A DNA stretch of 64,000 bases from Klebsormidium nitens. Its lineage: Eukaryota; Plantae; Klebsormidiophyceae. Positions 1-12,700 of this stretch are shown here, one piece after another. The position numbers and the translations under genes are program-made. The stretch's first letter is position 1; each line of letters starts with the position of its first letter. Location: contig DF237211.1 of the NCBI GenBank assembly GCA_000708835.1, positions 50,697 to 114,696 on the forward strand, written 5' to 3'. Below the pieces are notes generated by a model, which was given only the letters and a program-made list of their open reading frames with translations, did no database searches and had not been told where the DNA came from.

Positions 1-313
1 AACTAGGTGCTTGTACAATCTGAAGAACAACCTTGAAAGTCAACCTCATCTATGCGGAGTTTGGTTTTCTGAATTGACGTTGTTGGTTTCACCCTTGGGA
101 AGATGATGTCGGACGCTGTTTCGACACGTTTCCCTAAGGATATTGTTGAGTCGGGGCTTCATCTCCTCACCTAAGCGCCAGTATACCGCCTCCCCTTATT
201 CAAAAGGATTCACACGTCAAGCACGTTATCCAGTCCTCAAGGCAAGAACTTCTACCCGGCGGTATCCACCGCGCATATCCGCCGTCTTGCTGACGTCGCC
301 AGCTCGCGCGCAG

Positions 314-3300
314 ATGCCGCGGCGGCCGCAAGATCGGCATCCCGGAGCTGAAGGTGCTGTCGCGCGCGATGGGCGCGTGGCAGGCGCGCGTGCAGGAGTA
401 CCGGCGCAAGAAGGAGCGGCTGCAGCTCGCGCAGGAGTTCCGGAACAAGACGCTCCTCTGGCAGGCGCTCTCGCGCTGGCTATACTTTCAGGTAATGGCA
501 TATGTTAGGCCTTGGCACTTCCGTGCTGGCTCTACTTCCAGGTAAAGGTTTACTAGGCCTTGCCCCTTTCGCGCCGGTTCTGCCCTTAGGAAAGGCAAAC
601 GCGTGGGCCTCGGACGTCTGCGAGATGCTCTAGTGCCTGCAATGTGCCGTCATGTGTAGACGTAAGGCGGGGTTCTGCAAAGCTCTCAGAGTTGTGTTCG
701 GTGTGAGAGCACTACTCGTGTCGCACCGAAAGACTGCTCTCGGGCGCTGGGGCGAGCCGGAGGGCGCTTAACCGCGAATCGATGGTCCACAGACGTTCTA
801 AAAAGATGCAGACTCCTCCTTTCGACACGGAAGCTTGCGATATGAGGGTCATTGAGGGCAGATTTTCTGCCTTCACAGACTACGGATCGCTAAAGCATGC
901 CACTTCGTACTGTCTACATTCCGGTCAATTCTTTGGCGACTTTTCGTCTGATCAGTTTTATCGTTTTCCGTTTAGGACTGGCGCGCGCACAAGGCCGAAC
1001 TGCTCCGGACTGCGGATCTACGGCGCCCGCTGTGGCTGCTCAAGGCCGGTTTTCGGGGGCTGCACGAGAACGTCGCACTCTCGCGTGAAAAGAAGCGCGA
1101 GCGCGAGCGCGCAGTGGAAACTGCGCTCTCGCAGTGGGCAAAACAGGTGAGCGTCTTAGGAGTGAAGTCCTCTTTTGTGGAGCTTCAATGGAAGTAAATT
1201 TCTCGTGTTGTCTATGTTTTAGGGCAGCTATCCGACGTCGGGTGGCTGCGAATATGTCTTGGTTCGGGGCAAGGGGATTGTGAGAGGCAGAACTGCAGGT
1301 ATATATCGATGAGAGAAATTTTCTACGAAGTTTCATAGCTGTCACCTAACCATCCGATTTGTCTGGGCCCGCGCTGGGTAAGATTCTGATCAGGCAAGCT
1401 TACGTGTCGCTACGTCTCTTGGCTACCGAAGAAGATTCCCCGCAACATCGATCGCTCTTTCTTTCTCGTGCAGGCGTCAAAGCACTGCTTTCGAAAGTGG
1501 GCACTGCTTCCGGAGCACGCGCGGCAGAAACGAGAGACGATAAAGGCCGCCCACGAGGCCTTCTGCCGGCTCCTCAAGGCCCGAAGCCTCCGCTGGTGGA
1601 ACAAGTACCGGTTGCAGCGGCGGGAGGGCGCGCGCATGAAAGAAGCGGCGTCGCGGTTCCGCGCGCGCGTGCTCTTCCGGCGCACGCGCCTCGCGGCCGC
1701 GGAGTATCAGGAGTACAAAAAGCTGTCCGCCGTCCGGAAGGCCGAACGGGACCACGTGGTGTCCGAGTTTCGGACGCTGACGGGGAAGCGGAAAGCGTTG
1801 CGAGGGTTCCGGTGGGCGGTCCGGGAACGGGCGTGGAAGGAGGGCGCAACAACTAGAGCGGCGAAGTGCGCTCGCGTGCACTGTTTGGTGCGCGTGCTGG
1901 CGCAGTGGGGGTACTTCGTGGGGCGGCAGCGGCTCGACCGGGAGCACTCGAAGCGGGCCGACGCGCACCGGCGGCGAGCGGCGCTCAGGACGGGGTTTAG
2001 GGTTTGGAGGCGCGCGCGCGCGCGGAGGGTTGCGGAGCAGGGGAAGCGGCGGGCTGCTGTAGAGATGGGGAGAAAGGGCGTGCTCCGGAGGATGCTGCGC
2101 GCGTGGCACGGGTGGCTGGCGGTGCGCGGGGACTCGGAGGTGTGGGACAAGCGGCGGGAGGAGCTGTGTCTCAGAGCCCTGTTCAGAGTGAGCTGCTGAC
2201 GGCTATCCCGCAGATTTTGTCGAGTTTTCATTGTGTTAGGGATGATAGACATCATACCTGGTGGGGTCAAGACGAATTGGTGTCATGCCCTTCTGGAAAG
2301 TCGGACTCTTCTTAAGAGATCACTGAAGCACAGGAGACAGTACAGGAGACAGTAAGAGGTCCTCAACGAGACCCAAACCTGCTTTTCGCTGTCTTTTTCA
2401 CAACCCCAGTCTCTCAGATAACCCTCATGTGCACTGGTCTCGCGGATGTTAAGACCTGCAATCTCGTTACATGTAGGGTCCTTGATCAACCGCTGGCTCT
2501 CTTGTCTGCAGAGCTGGCACGCTTTGGTCGGCCGCCAAAACGCAATTCGCGAGGCCATCGCCGCGCGCGACACCCACCCGCTCGCCGACGTCATGCCCAC
2601 GTGGCACGACGTGGCGCGCCGGCGGCGCCTCCAGCGGCGCTGCGTCCACCGGTGGCGAGCCGCGGCCGCTGCCGCGGCTTTCCAAACCTGGGCCGAGCGC
2701 ATGGCAGATATGAGGCGGAAACGCCACCTGCTGGGGAGGGCGATTCAGCGCTGGATTGCGGCCCCATATCCGTTGATTCAAGTCGCCCTCCGGTGCTTCG
2801 ACCACTGGAAGGCGCTCGTCGAGACGAAGAAACGGGTGAACGGGGGAAAAGCGGGAATGGTCGCGAGGAAAGCGCGACAGACGCGCGGCCGCGTTGTGGC
2901 CACGTGGCGGGAGGAGGTGGAGCACAGGAACCGGTTGCGCGTCGCATTCGGACTTGTGAGCCATCGGGCAAGGCGCGGGTTGAAGCGGCAGTGTCTGGAG
3001 GGCTGGAGGGCGGCTGCTTTAGGAGGGGCACAGGTGAGGAGAGTTGCCCGCGGTGTACAATCGCGTGGGCCTGGCAGTTCTTAGGAAGTCGTATCATGCG
3101 TTGTCGTCAAGTCGGTTTTCATGTAGCAACTCCGTCTTCATGTAGCAATTGTTATTTTTGAAGAGTCCCGGTGCGGTTCAGGTGAATTCCCACGGCACTC
3201 TCCTGATGGATGCCGGCGCTGCGTGTCTGGATATCTGCACGTCTGGGTGCTCATTGGATAGCTTTCCCATCCCTTTATGCAGGAAACAATGTCGGAACAG

Positions 3301-3645
3301 CGAGCTCCCAAAACCACGGAGCGCCCCCAAGTTCAACCTGTACCCGTTGCCTTCGACCCTCCAAGGGAGAGCCGACTTTCGTTCGGTTCTGAGGCCACCG
3401 CTGCGGATGATGTTGAGTGTGCGGCTGACGAGGAACCGTCGCGGTTCCGCGCTTTGTCTGATGTGTTGGCCATCAGCCGCGCTATCAAAGTCGTGGCGCA
3501 GTGGCGGGCGGTGATCGCTCAGAGGAAAATGGCGCGGAGCCTGGAGGTGATAGCAGAGTACCGAGCGACGGACTGCGGTCCGGTGGGAACGGATACCGGG
3601 CAAGTGAACGAACGGACAGAATTTCCTCAGCACGCGGCAGCATGA
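314..3645 (+). CDS. SFI1: SFI1-like centrin-binding repeat protein (5'-partial; exons approx. 314-490, 975-1146, 1474-2188, ~2510-3045, ~3283-3645)
   Basis: Spliced Arg/Trp-rich protein with repeated A-x7-LL-x3-(F/L)-x2-W units: AQEFRNKTLLWQALSRW, ADAHRRRAALRTGFRVW, AVEMGRKGVLRRMLRAW, ADMRRKRHLLGRAIQRW. Exons are bounded by GT-AG. The first visible exon starts mid-codon, so the start lies upstream. Confidence 0.65.
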
Positions 3646-5519
3646 CTTGGAGCTAAGCAAAGTTTAGCTCGCAAGATCTTCCAAGAGTCTACTTCCAATT
3701 GTCCTCAGCAAATCATAGAGAAGCGCATCGCAGTTGGAGCGTTTTGCAGAGTTTCACTTGTGCATGAGCAGCGCAGCCGCGCAAGCGCGGCAACTCTTAA
3801 GTACACATCTCCACATGCATGATTGCAATGATGCCGCGAGTCGCCTACAATCCAGCTTTCATGGCATTCAGTTGCATCTGTCGTGCATCCCCATGTGCAT
3901 TTGACAGTGCATGACAAATATACTCATGCTCAGTCCCCCGCGCGCAAGTCGCTCATTCAATGCTATAATACCTAAAGCTTGCAGCATCCACTTAGTGCAG
4001 GTTGGAGATGCTAGCTGCGCGCACATGTGGTGCGGCGCAATTGACCACTGATCACATACTAACAGCAGCATGTGCTTGTTTAACCACTGAGCCCGGACTC
4101 CATGGCTCCTTTCGCAACACACGATGGCAAGCTCGCAGGCTCAACGTTGCTCTAGGCGCTCCCGCATCCGATCGTAGTCGCGACTAAGGTTAACCCGTTA
4201 GCCTTGCACGTATTCCATGGATATGCACGCTTCAGCTAGTGCACATGTGCATGGTCCATGAGAGGACGCCAAATGCGGAGGCCTCAGGCTGTAGCATGTA
4301 TAGATTTCCAGCATATGGCTCATGCTGTTCGCAATCATGATCACTAACGGTCCGCACTGCCAGAAGCACAATTGCAACGGCTACAACACACATGTGCGAG
4401 GCCATATATGCACAATGAATGATGTCAATGGAGGCTGTACGTGCATCATAGCAGATTTGCAGGCATGACTGACGGTCATGTAATTGTCAGGTTCTGATGT
4501 CCATATGACCGGGCATGATTGCGGACCAAATGCATATGTTCCAAGGCGTCGGCTCTACCCCGCTGCGCTACCACTGTTCAGGCCACTGCAACTGCTCACG
4601 CACATGCTGGGCCGCCAGCAAGGACCGTCCTGACATGGAAGGACGCTCCGCAAAATCTGCCATTTACTTATGTTGAATCCATGGATACTTTATCCAGCTA
4701 CAGATTCTCAAAACGATGAGACAACTCATGTGCTCCGGAAGGGCACATGTAGAAGAACAAAAAGCATGCGCCGTAATTTTTGTCAAGCCATGCTGTCCAT
4801 TTAAGATAGTCGGAGCGGTCCATACCGTGCTGATGGTGGCGACTGCAGGGGAAACAATCTTCGTACCCCTCTTTGTGTTGCCTATCTCAGACCAATGAAA
4901 GATCAGGACAGCAGAGAGACACTCAACGATCACAAGTGGCACGAACGATCGATCTTGATACAGAACGGAATGACTTCTCAAAGAAAAAGAAAAGCAGTCT
5001 CTTCTCCTCAGCAGTACCTGCCACCTTTCCTCAAGCAGATGCGGGCAAGAGCCAACAGTCACCGCTTCCTTGGCAAGGGGGCAACTGGGGCCCGCATCCT
5101 CGGGTTACCAGTATTTTTCCATCATTGGAGAATTCAGAGAAGCTTGAAAGACGTTGAAAAAATCGCAACGTTGGGACACTAACCGTCAGACGATGACTGT
5201 ACGAGTGAGTTGTTCATGTGCAGTCCACAACTACCAGAGAGAAGCTACTTGCAAAAGAAATAAGTGTAGGTGGAGTTCTAGGGATGGCCTCTGACCCCAA
5301 CAGACAAGTGAAGAAAGAGTCCAGCCTTGTGTGTTCCAATCGGATTTGAGCCAGCTTCCGTTAGCATCCGAAAATCAAATTGTCGCTGCCAATGTCAGCA
5401 TGAACGGGACAATAATGTCTGACGAAATGCGACAGTTCCAGAGACACTGCCAGTAGTGTATTGTACTGTTCTCAAAAGCAGGAATGACGCAGTGCTTCCG
5501 CATCTCAGCGCCTCTGCTC

Positions 5520-8500
5520 CTAGAAGTTCATCAGGATGCGTTCCCGTGCGATCCCTTGTTCCGTGAGCATCTCGATCAGTTCCTGCGCGCAAACCATCGA
5601 CAAATAACTCCTGAGTTCTCTTTCTTCGAACAACTCCTACCCAGTAGCCTTATAACGCACATTATCATCCAAACCCGACTCGTTCCGGCAAGAGGTCGGA
5701 CTGAACGGAGCAGCAGAGCATTGAGAAACAGAACAGCACAACGTGCCACCAGTTAATGACAAAGCCGAGCCAAAAAACACACTCACTTGACACATCTCCT
5801 TCTGACCAACGAGCACGGCGCCGGTCGTCGCTGGGTCGGCGATCGGCGGGTCCTTCCGGTACTTCTCCTGGACGAAGCCAACGAAGCCGTCCTTCCCAGG
5901 GGGCTCGGAGAACACGGGGATCACACGCACACCCGACTCCTCCCAGCTCTTGAATCGCTCCTGGATTCAACAAGATTTGAATTCAGGAGTTTGGAGGCAG
6001 TGGGGCTCGAAGCTGTTAAGAGATCGGATTAAGGCTCCATCCGAGGGGCCAAATGCACCAGACGAAGAGGGGGAGAAGCGCGGAAACCTTGCAGCCGCAC
6101 ATCCAGGCTGCCCTTGTCGCGGATATCTAAACGAAGGTCCTAAAAATCAGGAGGCCCGAACAAATTAAGAACAAGCTAACCAACCGAGCCTCGTCTTTCC
6201 GACCTTAATGTAGTCCCAGTGTTTTCCGCAACGTAAGCCCCCCGCGTCAAGCCTTTAAGGACACCAGCATACAAGCGGCTGCAGTAAGGAGTGCCAATTT
6301 AACACTAAAGAGCTCCGTTGCCAACGACTCACAGAACATGAATGGCATTTCTTAGCGTAAGAGGTGCTACTCAATCTGCGCCGAGGAGCCCTGGTAAGCC
6401 AGCAAGACAGGCATAGCCAGAGTGCCAGACATCCGGATTAGGGCGTTATTCGTAGACCCCCCCAGCAAATAATTCGACTGGATTTAGTGCAACAAATTAG
6501 GACCACGAAACCAGAAACCAGACCAACCACTAAGAGCAATCTGTGCAAACTTTCAAAGTCAAAGACCAACACCAGGGTGCAGTTGCTAGGATTGCCCTAT
6601 CTCGTCACCTGGAAGGCCATGGCGCTTGACCGGAACGCTCCATAGTAGAGCCGCACATCCTTTCGCTTGTCAGCCTCAAACCCGTTCTCAATGAGCGATC
6701 TGATTGGGCTGCAGAGAGGACGCGCACCGTTCACACCAGTGAGCAAAGGCCGTTGGTCTTCATCTGAGTTGACCGTGTCAATACATACGGTACTGGTTTA
6801 TCAGGATAACCTGGTGCATAAATCACCACCCAAAACACAGAGCGTCTGAGTTCGAAACGTGGCACCATCAAGATTGCAACGCTGTCCATAAGGCAGCTAA
6901 TGCAAAGTGGAGTCTACTGTGCCGGCTCTGCTCTGACTTGCTGGATCTCTTATAACGCCCGGGTCCGGATATTCTCATGAGCTTAAGGATTATTTCTCAA
7001 GTAGAGTGTCATGTAGGCTCCTTGGGCAACCTAAACAAAAATGCACATGAGCAGAATACAAAGTAGCTGAGACCTGCTCCGCACCCTCCCATTTCAGAGT
7101 GTACAAACTCCCTCTGGAAAGAGCTGGCTCTCAAAGGGAGAACTATGCAAAACGGGAGAGCGCCAACCTGATTCCACTTCCGGTGGCAAAGATGAGCACA
7201 GTGGGAAAGTCAGAGGGAGGCGCAATCAGGTCGATGTTGAAGCCCTTTCCCGCAACCGCGCTGACAAACAGCTTGTCTCCTGCACAGGAATGAGGCGGAT
7301 GCGTACTTGGCTTAATTCAAGTCTTCTCAGAGACAAAACATATTGATCACGATTTTGGGGTGTCAGGATACCAACGAGCACTTCAGAACTGGTGTTAGTA
7401 TGAAAGACAAGACATGTTTATTATCGATTTTGGGGTTTGAGGATACCAACGAACACTTCAGAACTGGTGTTAGTGTGCAAATCTTGACCACCTATCTAAC
7501 TGACCTTGGCTTAGCAGCGAGGGTGACCAGGCGGCCTCTACCACACTCTCAAATACACTTCGACACACTCACCTTTCGATAAATTTGAGAGCAACTCGCT
7601 AGTTCCCCCATTGTCTCGGATGAGGACCTCTAGGATCCCGCTGCGCAAACATTGGGCATGACCAGATAAGCAGAGGTCTCAACACAGCAGACTTCTCAAC
7701 ACCCCATGTGATTGCATAACAAGCCGTTGATCATGAACAATACCTCACATGAGCTTATACCAGAACTCATTAAGAGCTCGTCGCAAACCAACATCCGTCA
7801 TCTCATTTGTCGCTGATCTCACCTTTGTGACTCTTTCGGTGATGATGCGAGGGCAATATAAGCCGGTTTGCTGTCCCCCACCTTCATCTGGATGTACTGG
7901 CCAGGAATCGTGTACCCTGCTGTGAGGCCATCAATCTGTTTCAGCAACCACACAACAACGTCACTCAGTAGGCTAGCAAAATTCTGGTTTCAGGAGTTCA
8001 GAAGTCCCACAAACTTCTACAGGAACTTCAAAAAACCTGCTGCTGGTTTGCAGAAAGCCCAGGAATACTGTTTCTGCCTGTTCCAAGTGCTTGAAAGGGC
8101 AGGGTCTGAACACAAGGGCGCTGACCTCTCGCACGTCAACCCACAAGCTGGTGAGCAGATCCCCCGCCTTCTTCGCATCCGTTATGGTGGCTTCTTTCCA
8201 GTCAACCTGTGCGTTCCAATCTGCCATCACCACCCCCAATTGCTGGTTACTTCTGGCTGTGCTCTGAACCTCCCGCACGCTTTGGACTTGGAAGCGGGAT
8301 GATAGGTCACGAGAGAGGAAGGAGGTGGTGGTAAGCTGCTGAGCGGCGCACCCTGGGCATGGGGAACTTGGGCGAAACCCTGGTGCTGCAAGAAAGACAA
8401 GTCAGGGAAAACCGATCGGATTATTCTTATGGCATCATGTGGTTTGCTTCAGCGGTTTGCAGCTTTCGAAGCACAACTTTGGACAGCGAGCACATTCTGG

Positions 8501-8878
8501 TTTTCCAACCCCTCTTGTGCGCTGAGACCAGTGGATGCGGATTCTCTGAGCTGCTGCTGATTGATCTCTGCCAGAAGTGCCGGAAAGAAACCTTCTGGAC
8601 GATATTGTTGATCAAGCACTGAGCGACAGAAGGTGCACTTTCAATTGTAAGCTGAGATGTTGCATGTTTATAACAAGTTGCTATCTCAGACCCTCGTCAA
8701 GCATCCACTCTTGATCATACCGCCGTGACTACAATCCTCAAGAAGTACTCCAGATTGTGAAGTGATTACCTGGACTCCAAAGGGTCCCTCCATATGAGCC
8801 AGAGGGGGCGCTGTTTCTCCTAGGTTTCAGCAGGCCAAAAGACGCTGTGGCTACTGACTGACACGCGGTCGTGGCCAT
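5520..8878 (-). CDS. FNRL: Plastid FAD/NAD(P)-binding oxidoreductase, FNR-like / fruit protein pKIWI502 family; join(8878-8770,8385-8126,7935-7823,7640-7573,7279-7168,6708-6609,5960-5787,5582-5520), 999 nt
   Basis: Eight GT-AG exons join in frame. Motifs: YTIPGQYIQMKV, PTVLIFATGSGISPIRSLIENGFEADKRKDVRLYYG, ERFKSWEESGVRVIPVFS, TGAVLVGQKEM, C-terminal RILMNF*. The Ser/Thr/Ala-rich N-terminus MATTACQSVATASFGLL looks like a transit peptide. Confidence 0.9.
7331..7474. repeat. Intronic tandem duplication, 2 x ~70 bp (FNRL intron)
   Basis: gattttggggt..aggataccaacga.cacttcagaactggtgttagt occurs at ~7351-7399 and ~7426-7474. Confidence 0.85.
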
Positions 8879-9798
8879 GGTGCTCTGCCTGTATCTGCGG
8901 CTGATTACGAAGCCTCTGGATTCGAGCAACACGTTCACCGCTCGTTCAATGTGCAGGAACGCCAGCGGCCTTGCCGTTCGAAGTGAGCAAATGAGGCAAG
9001 CCGGAGGAGCACTTGGTACCAAGATCTCGCGCTCAACGTGAGCAATGTGGAGCAGAGGAGGCCACCTGCTTCACCTGAACTTCAAGAACCACACCACCTT
9101 GAAGAAGACGCAATGCCGTCGGTGCTTCTCGGTCTGAAATGGCCACCATGATGCAGCAAAGAACGCAGTCAACTCTGTGCTGAAGGAGCCAGCAACTAGG
9201 ATGACGGGATTTGTCAAAGTCGGCATCCCACACATACGTGCTCAAAAGCGCACAGACGGTACCTACCTTCTGCGGAGGTTGCTTTCCTCAACATCGTTCG
9301 ACAGATTCATGCTCATGAGCGGAAAAGTGGGTGGCAGAGTACGTCGGCATCGAACCTAAACTAGGAACGATCTTGTGGATAAATGCTGACGGTATGATAC
9401 CGGTATCTCTGGTTTTTGCCGCCACATGCGCGCCCATGTGGTGTGACTTTCCCAGTCAGACTTGACCAATTGAAAACTTGAAGTTGGAGTCGAAGCCAAT
9501 TGCACAGGCAGAGGAAGCGCCATGGTTGCCATGCCGTAGGTGCACAGCTGTGGCCTCCCAGAAGGAAAGCTTTCCAGCTGCAGGAGGTGCATTGAAGCTG
9601 CTTCGACTGCCTGGACGGACGTCTCCCCAGGAGAACCTCATGTAGTTGAAATTTAGCCAAAATCGGGTCGTAGGGACCGCCGAAGAAAGGAGGGGCCCCT
9701 TACGAACGGCAACCATTACCTGTTAAATTCAAATGTTAGACAGGCCCACGCAATAGCACGCATCCGTGTTGACCATCTCAGAGTGTTAACAGTGAAGC

Positions 9799-12700
9799 AT
9801 GGATGATCATTTGATGCTTACCGATCCAACTTCGGAGGAGGGGCCAGAGGGAGTTCTTGTGGCCCCAGAGTGGCCTCCGTGGTCGGAATTTAACCCGGAC
9901 GATGACTCACTTGCAACTGGGTGGAACAGTTTGCTGCAAGTCGGGAACGAGAATGACGGGGGCATTGGTGGGATGCAGGATCAGGTATGTGCTCTCGTCT
10001 CCTGCGCCCATCCGCAAGCTGAGGTCGGCAAAGAAAATTTTGCATGAGAAGCTTTTGCTGATGCCGACACTAAACCTCAGTCTGTATCCTGTGACTGGTC
10101 TGAGGAGGGGCTTGATTCTACATACTAACCTTTAGTTGCCGGCCCTGGTAGAGTGTTGCTGTAGATTTGGATAATCACCTAAGAATGACCGTTTTGCATT
10201 CTCATCCCACTGAGAACTTGCGCCCGGGCAGATAAAGCTCTGCTCAAAGCATTTAAGCACTTTCGTTCAGGTAGGTTCAGTCTCATGAAGGATGAGTTTA
10301 TACCGCATGCTAATTGCCGTGCACTCCATGTTTTACAGCTTCTTTCAGAACCTGCTTTGAAGGATGACCTAAAGCCCGTTTCGGATTCAAGTGAAGGGAT
10401 GTTACCAGCCACCCACCCGCCCGAGGCAGGTCCCTCGCAGCCTTTCCATCATGGTGCACAGTCAGCCCCCGCCCCATTGCAGCAGCAATTAGAGCAGCAG
10501 CAGCAGCAGGAAGCGCAGAATGCTTTGCACAATAGCTGGCCAATGACTGGCCCCGGTCCTTTGAGGGGCCACGCAGGATCCTCTTTACTGCCTGGGATGT
10601 CTGGGATGGTGTCTCAAGCCGCCGCAGCGGACAGCGATGAAAGAGCAAACCTTTTGTGGGGTGCCCCTTCATCCAAGCAGCGCCTGCGTTGGACCCCGGA
10701 GTTGCACGAACGGTTTATAAAAGCTGTGGAGTCTTTGGGAGGACCCGACAGTGAGTTTACCTCCTTGGTGTCTCTAACCATGCCAGAGGTTTACCTTGTT
10801 CATGAATTTCAATGAGTATCATTTGAGATAACCCCCCATTTCTCCAAAATGCAGAATGTTGGAAACTCCCAGGGGTCTAAGACTTTGAGGGCTCTCTTGT
10901 ATGCACCTAGTTGCATGTTTGCAATCATCCTGACAATTCTGCAGGTTAATTCATTCATTTGCCAGCGCAAGTCGTGATCGTCTTCATGAACTACAAATGA
11001 GAAAAGTTTTTGGCTGCTTGGGCCTGCATCATTTCCACTGTGGCCAAGTGCAGCTCCGGGTAAAGCAATGCAAGCTGATAGGCCATCATCAGATCAGGAA
11101 GCTTTGCCGCGCTGCAGTGGTATCTGGGGCACTTCGCTCCTTGATGTACAATTGTTCCATTGAGCACTATAGCAAAGTTGATGTGCATATTACTCACATC
11201 ACCTTCTCTTGCAGGGGCAACTCCTAAAAGGATTCTAGAGCTGATGGAGGTCAAAGGCCTCGAGGTATCGCATGTCAAGAGCCATTTGCAGGTCAGTTTT
11301 ACCAATTTGAAATTCTCCAAGCAAGGGGCCTTTGCGACGGATAGGTGATTCGTGTGTCTCTGCCTCAATACTAGAAGTAGGTTGGTGTAAGCACCAGCGC
11401 TACTCTCATCGCATTGCTAACCCCCCATTTGGAGTTAAGCTGTTGACGAAGAAATATTGTCCTTTTGAACAAAGAGTACACAAGCAGTTGGTAGCAATCT
11501 GCTGTTGCGGAGCATGCCTTCAGATTGTGGCCTTCTTTCTGAGAATGCCCGTTTTTGTTTGCAGAAATTTCGTATTGCAACACGAATACCGGAGTTGGGA
11601 ACCTATGGGATGCGTGAGTAACCCAGCCTTTCGCCTTCCATTACTTGCCTTTTATGTTGCCGATTGTCAGTAGCGTCTGTTGCAGTTCTGCCCTCAAAAC
11701 TGCTCTTGTTAGAGCGCATTCTTGCAATCAATGGACGCTCTTTTGGATAACCTCCGGTGTTGCATTTGGAGCCTTGTATCTTGCAAACATCTGCAGCAGT
11801 ATTATTGCACAGCAGGACTAGTGTCGCCTGACGACAGTGACTTTTAGCCTGACCTGCTCGTTGCTCCTGCAGACATGGGGAGCTACCAACTTACCGCCCT
11901 TCCCAACTCCCCGATGCCCTCCCCTTCTCCCCCCCTCCCCAACCCCGCCCGGCGCCCCCCCCGCTCCATCCCGCTCCTCTAGTAAACAATCGCACAGACA
12001 GGAGTCCCATAAGCAGGAGGTTGTGTCGCCAGCACCTATCGGTCCAGAACAGGACCTCTCTCCGAAGGCTCGAAAGCCAAGCCCCCAGCCAAAGGTGCTG
12101 CAGCAAATGGTCCAGCCTGCAGCGCCGCTGGAACCACCGCAGCCGCAAGCGCAAGCACCTCCACAGCAGGGGCCAGCCACAGAGTACGTTTTCTCTATGC
12201 TGCTAGGCTGACAAATGCAGGCTGTATGGGGCGAAAGGCGGAGGTTTGGGAACTTGGAGGTTTGAAGGTCTGAACAGATTGTGACCAAAGGGTGGTCTTC
12301 CAGAAAAAGAAAGCAGCTTTGTAGGGTGGGTGGGCTGGTTGCAGGTTGGATAGCACAGGGCCTGGGTGTATGGAAAGGAATGGACCCCTGTCTATAAGGC
12401 GAGTTTGTGATGATGATTGATGCACAACTTCGAAGCTGTCAAATAGAGGTGCTTATGCCGATCTTGTCTGCTTGCAGGGTCGGCGTCGGTGCTGGTGCTG
12501 GGCCTGGGGCGGGGGCCGGGGCTGGCGGCATGGACATAATGGAGGCCCTCCGGATGCAGATGGAAGTGCAGAAGAAGCTCCATGAACAATTGGAGGTAAG
12601 CTTGTCCGGTCCACCTTGAATCCCAACAGTCCGACCAGTCAGTCAATAGAGGCCCTTATATGCTTGCCAATTGGCTTGAAGGTTCCCTCTTGAGAAGACA

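Noticed and set aside
4714-5182. Short ORFs possibly from a transposase remnant
   Set aside because: No DDE, zinc-finger or other element motif could be recognised.
5395-9700. Initial impression of a decayed retroelement from fragmented Trp-rich minus-strand ORFs
   Set aside because: The fragments up to 8878 splice cleanly into the FNRL gene. No RT, integrase or gag motifs were seen.
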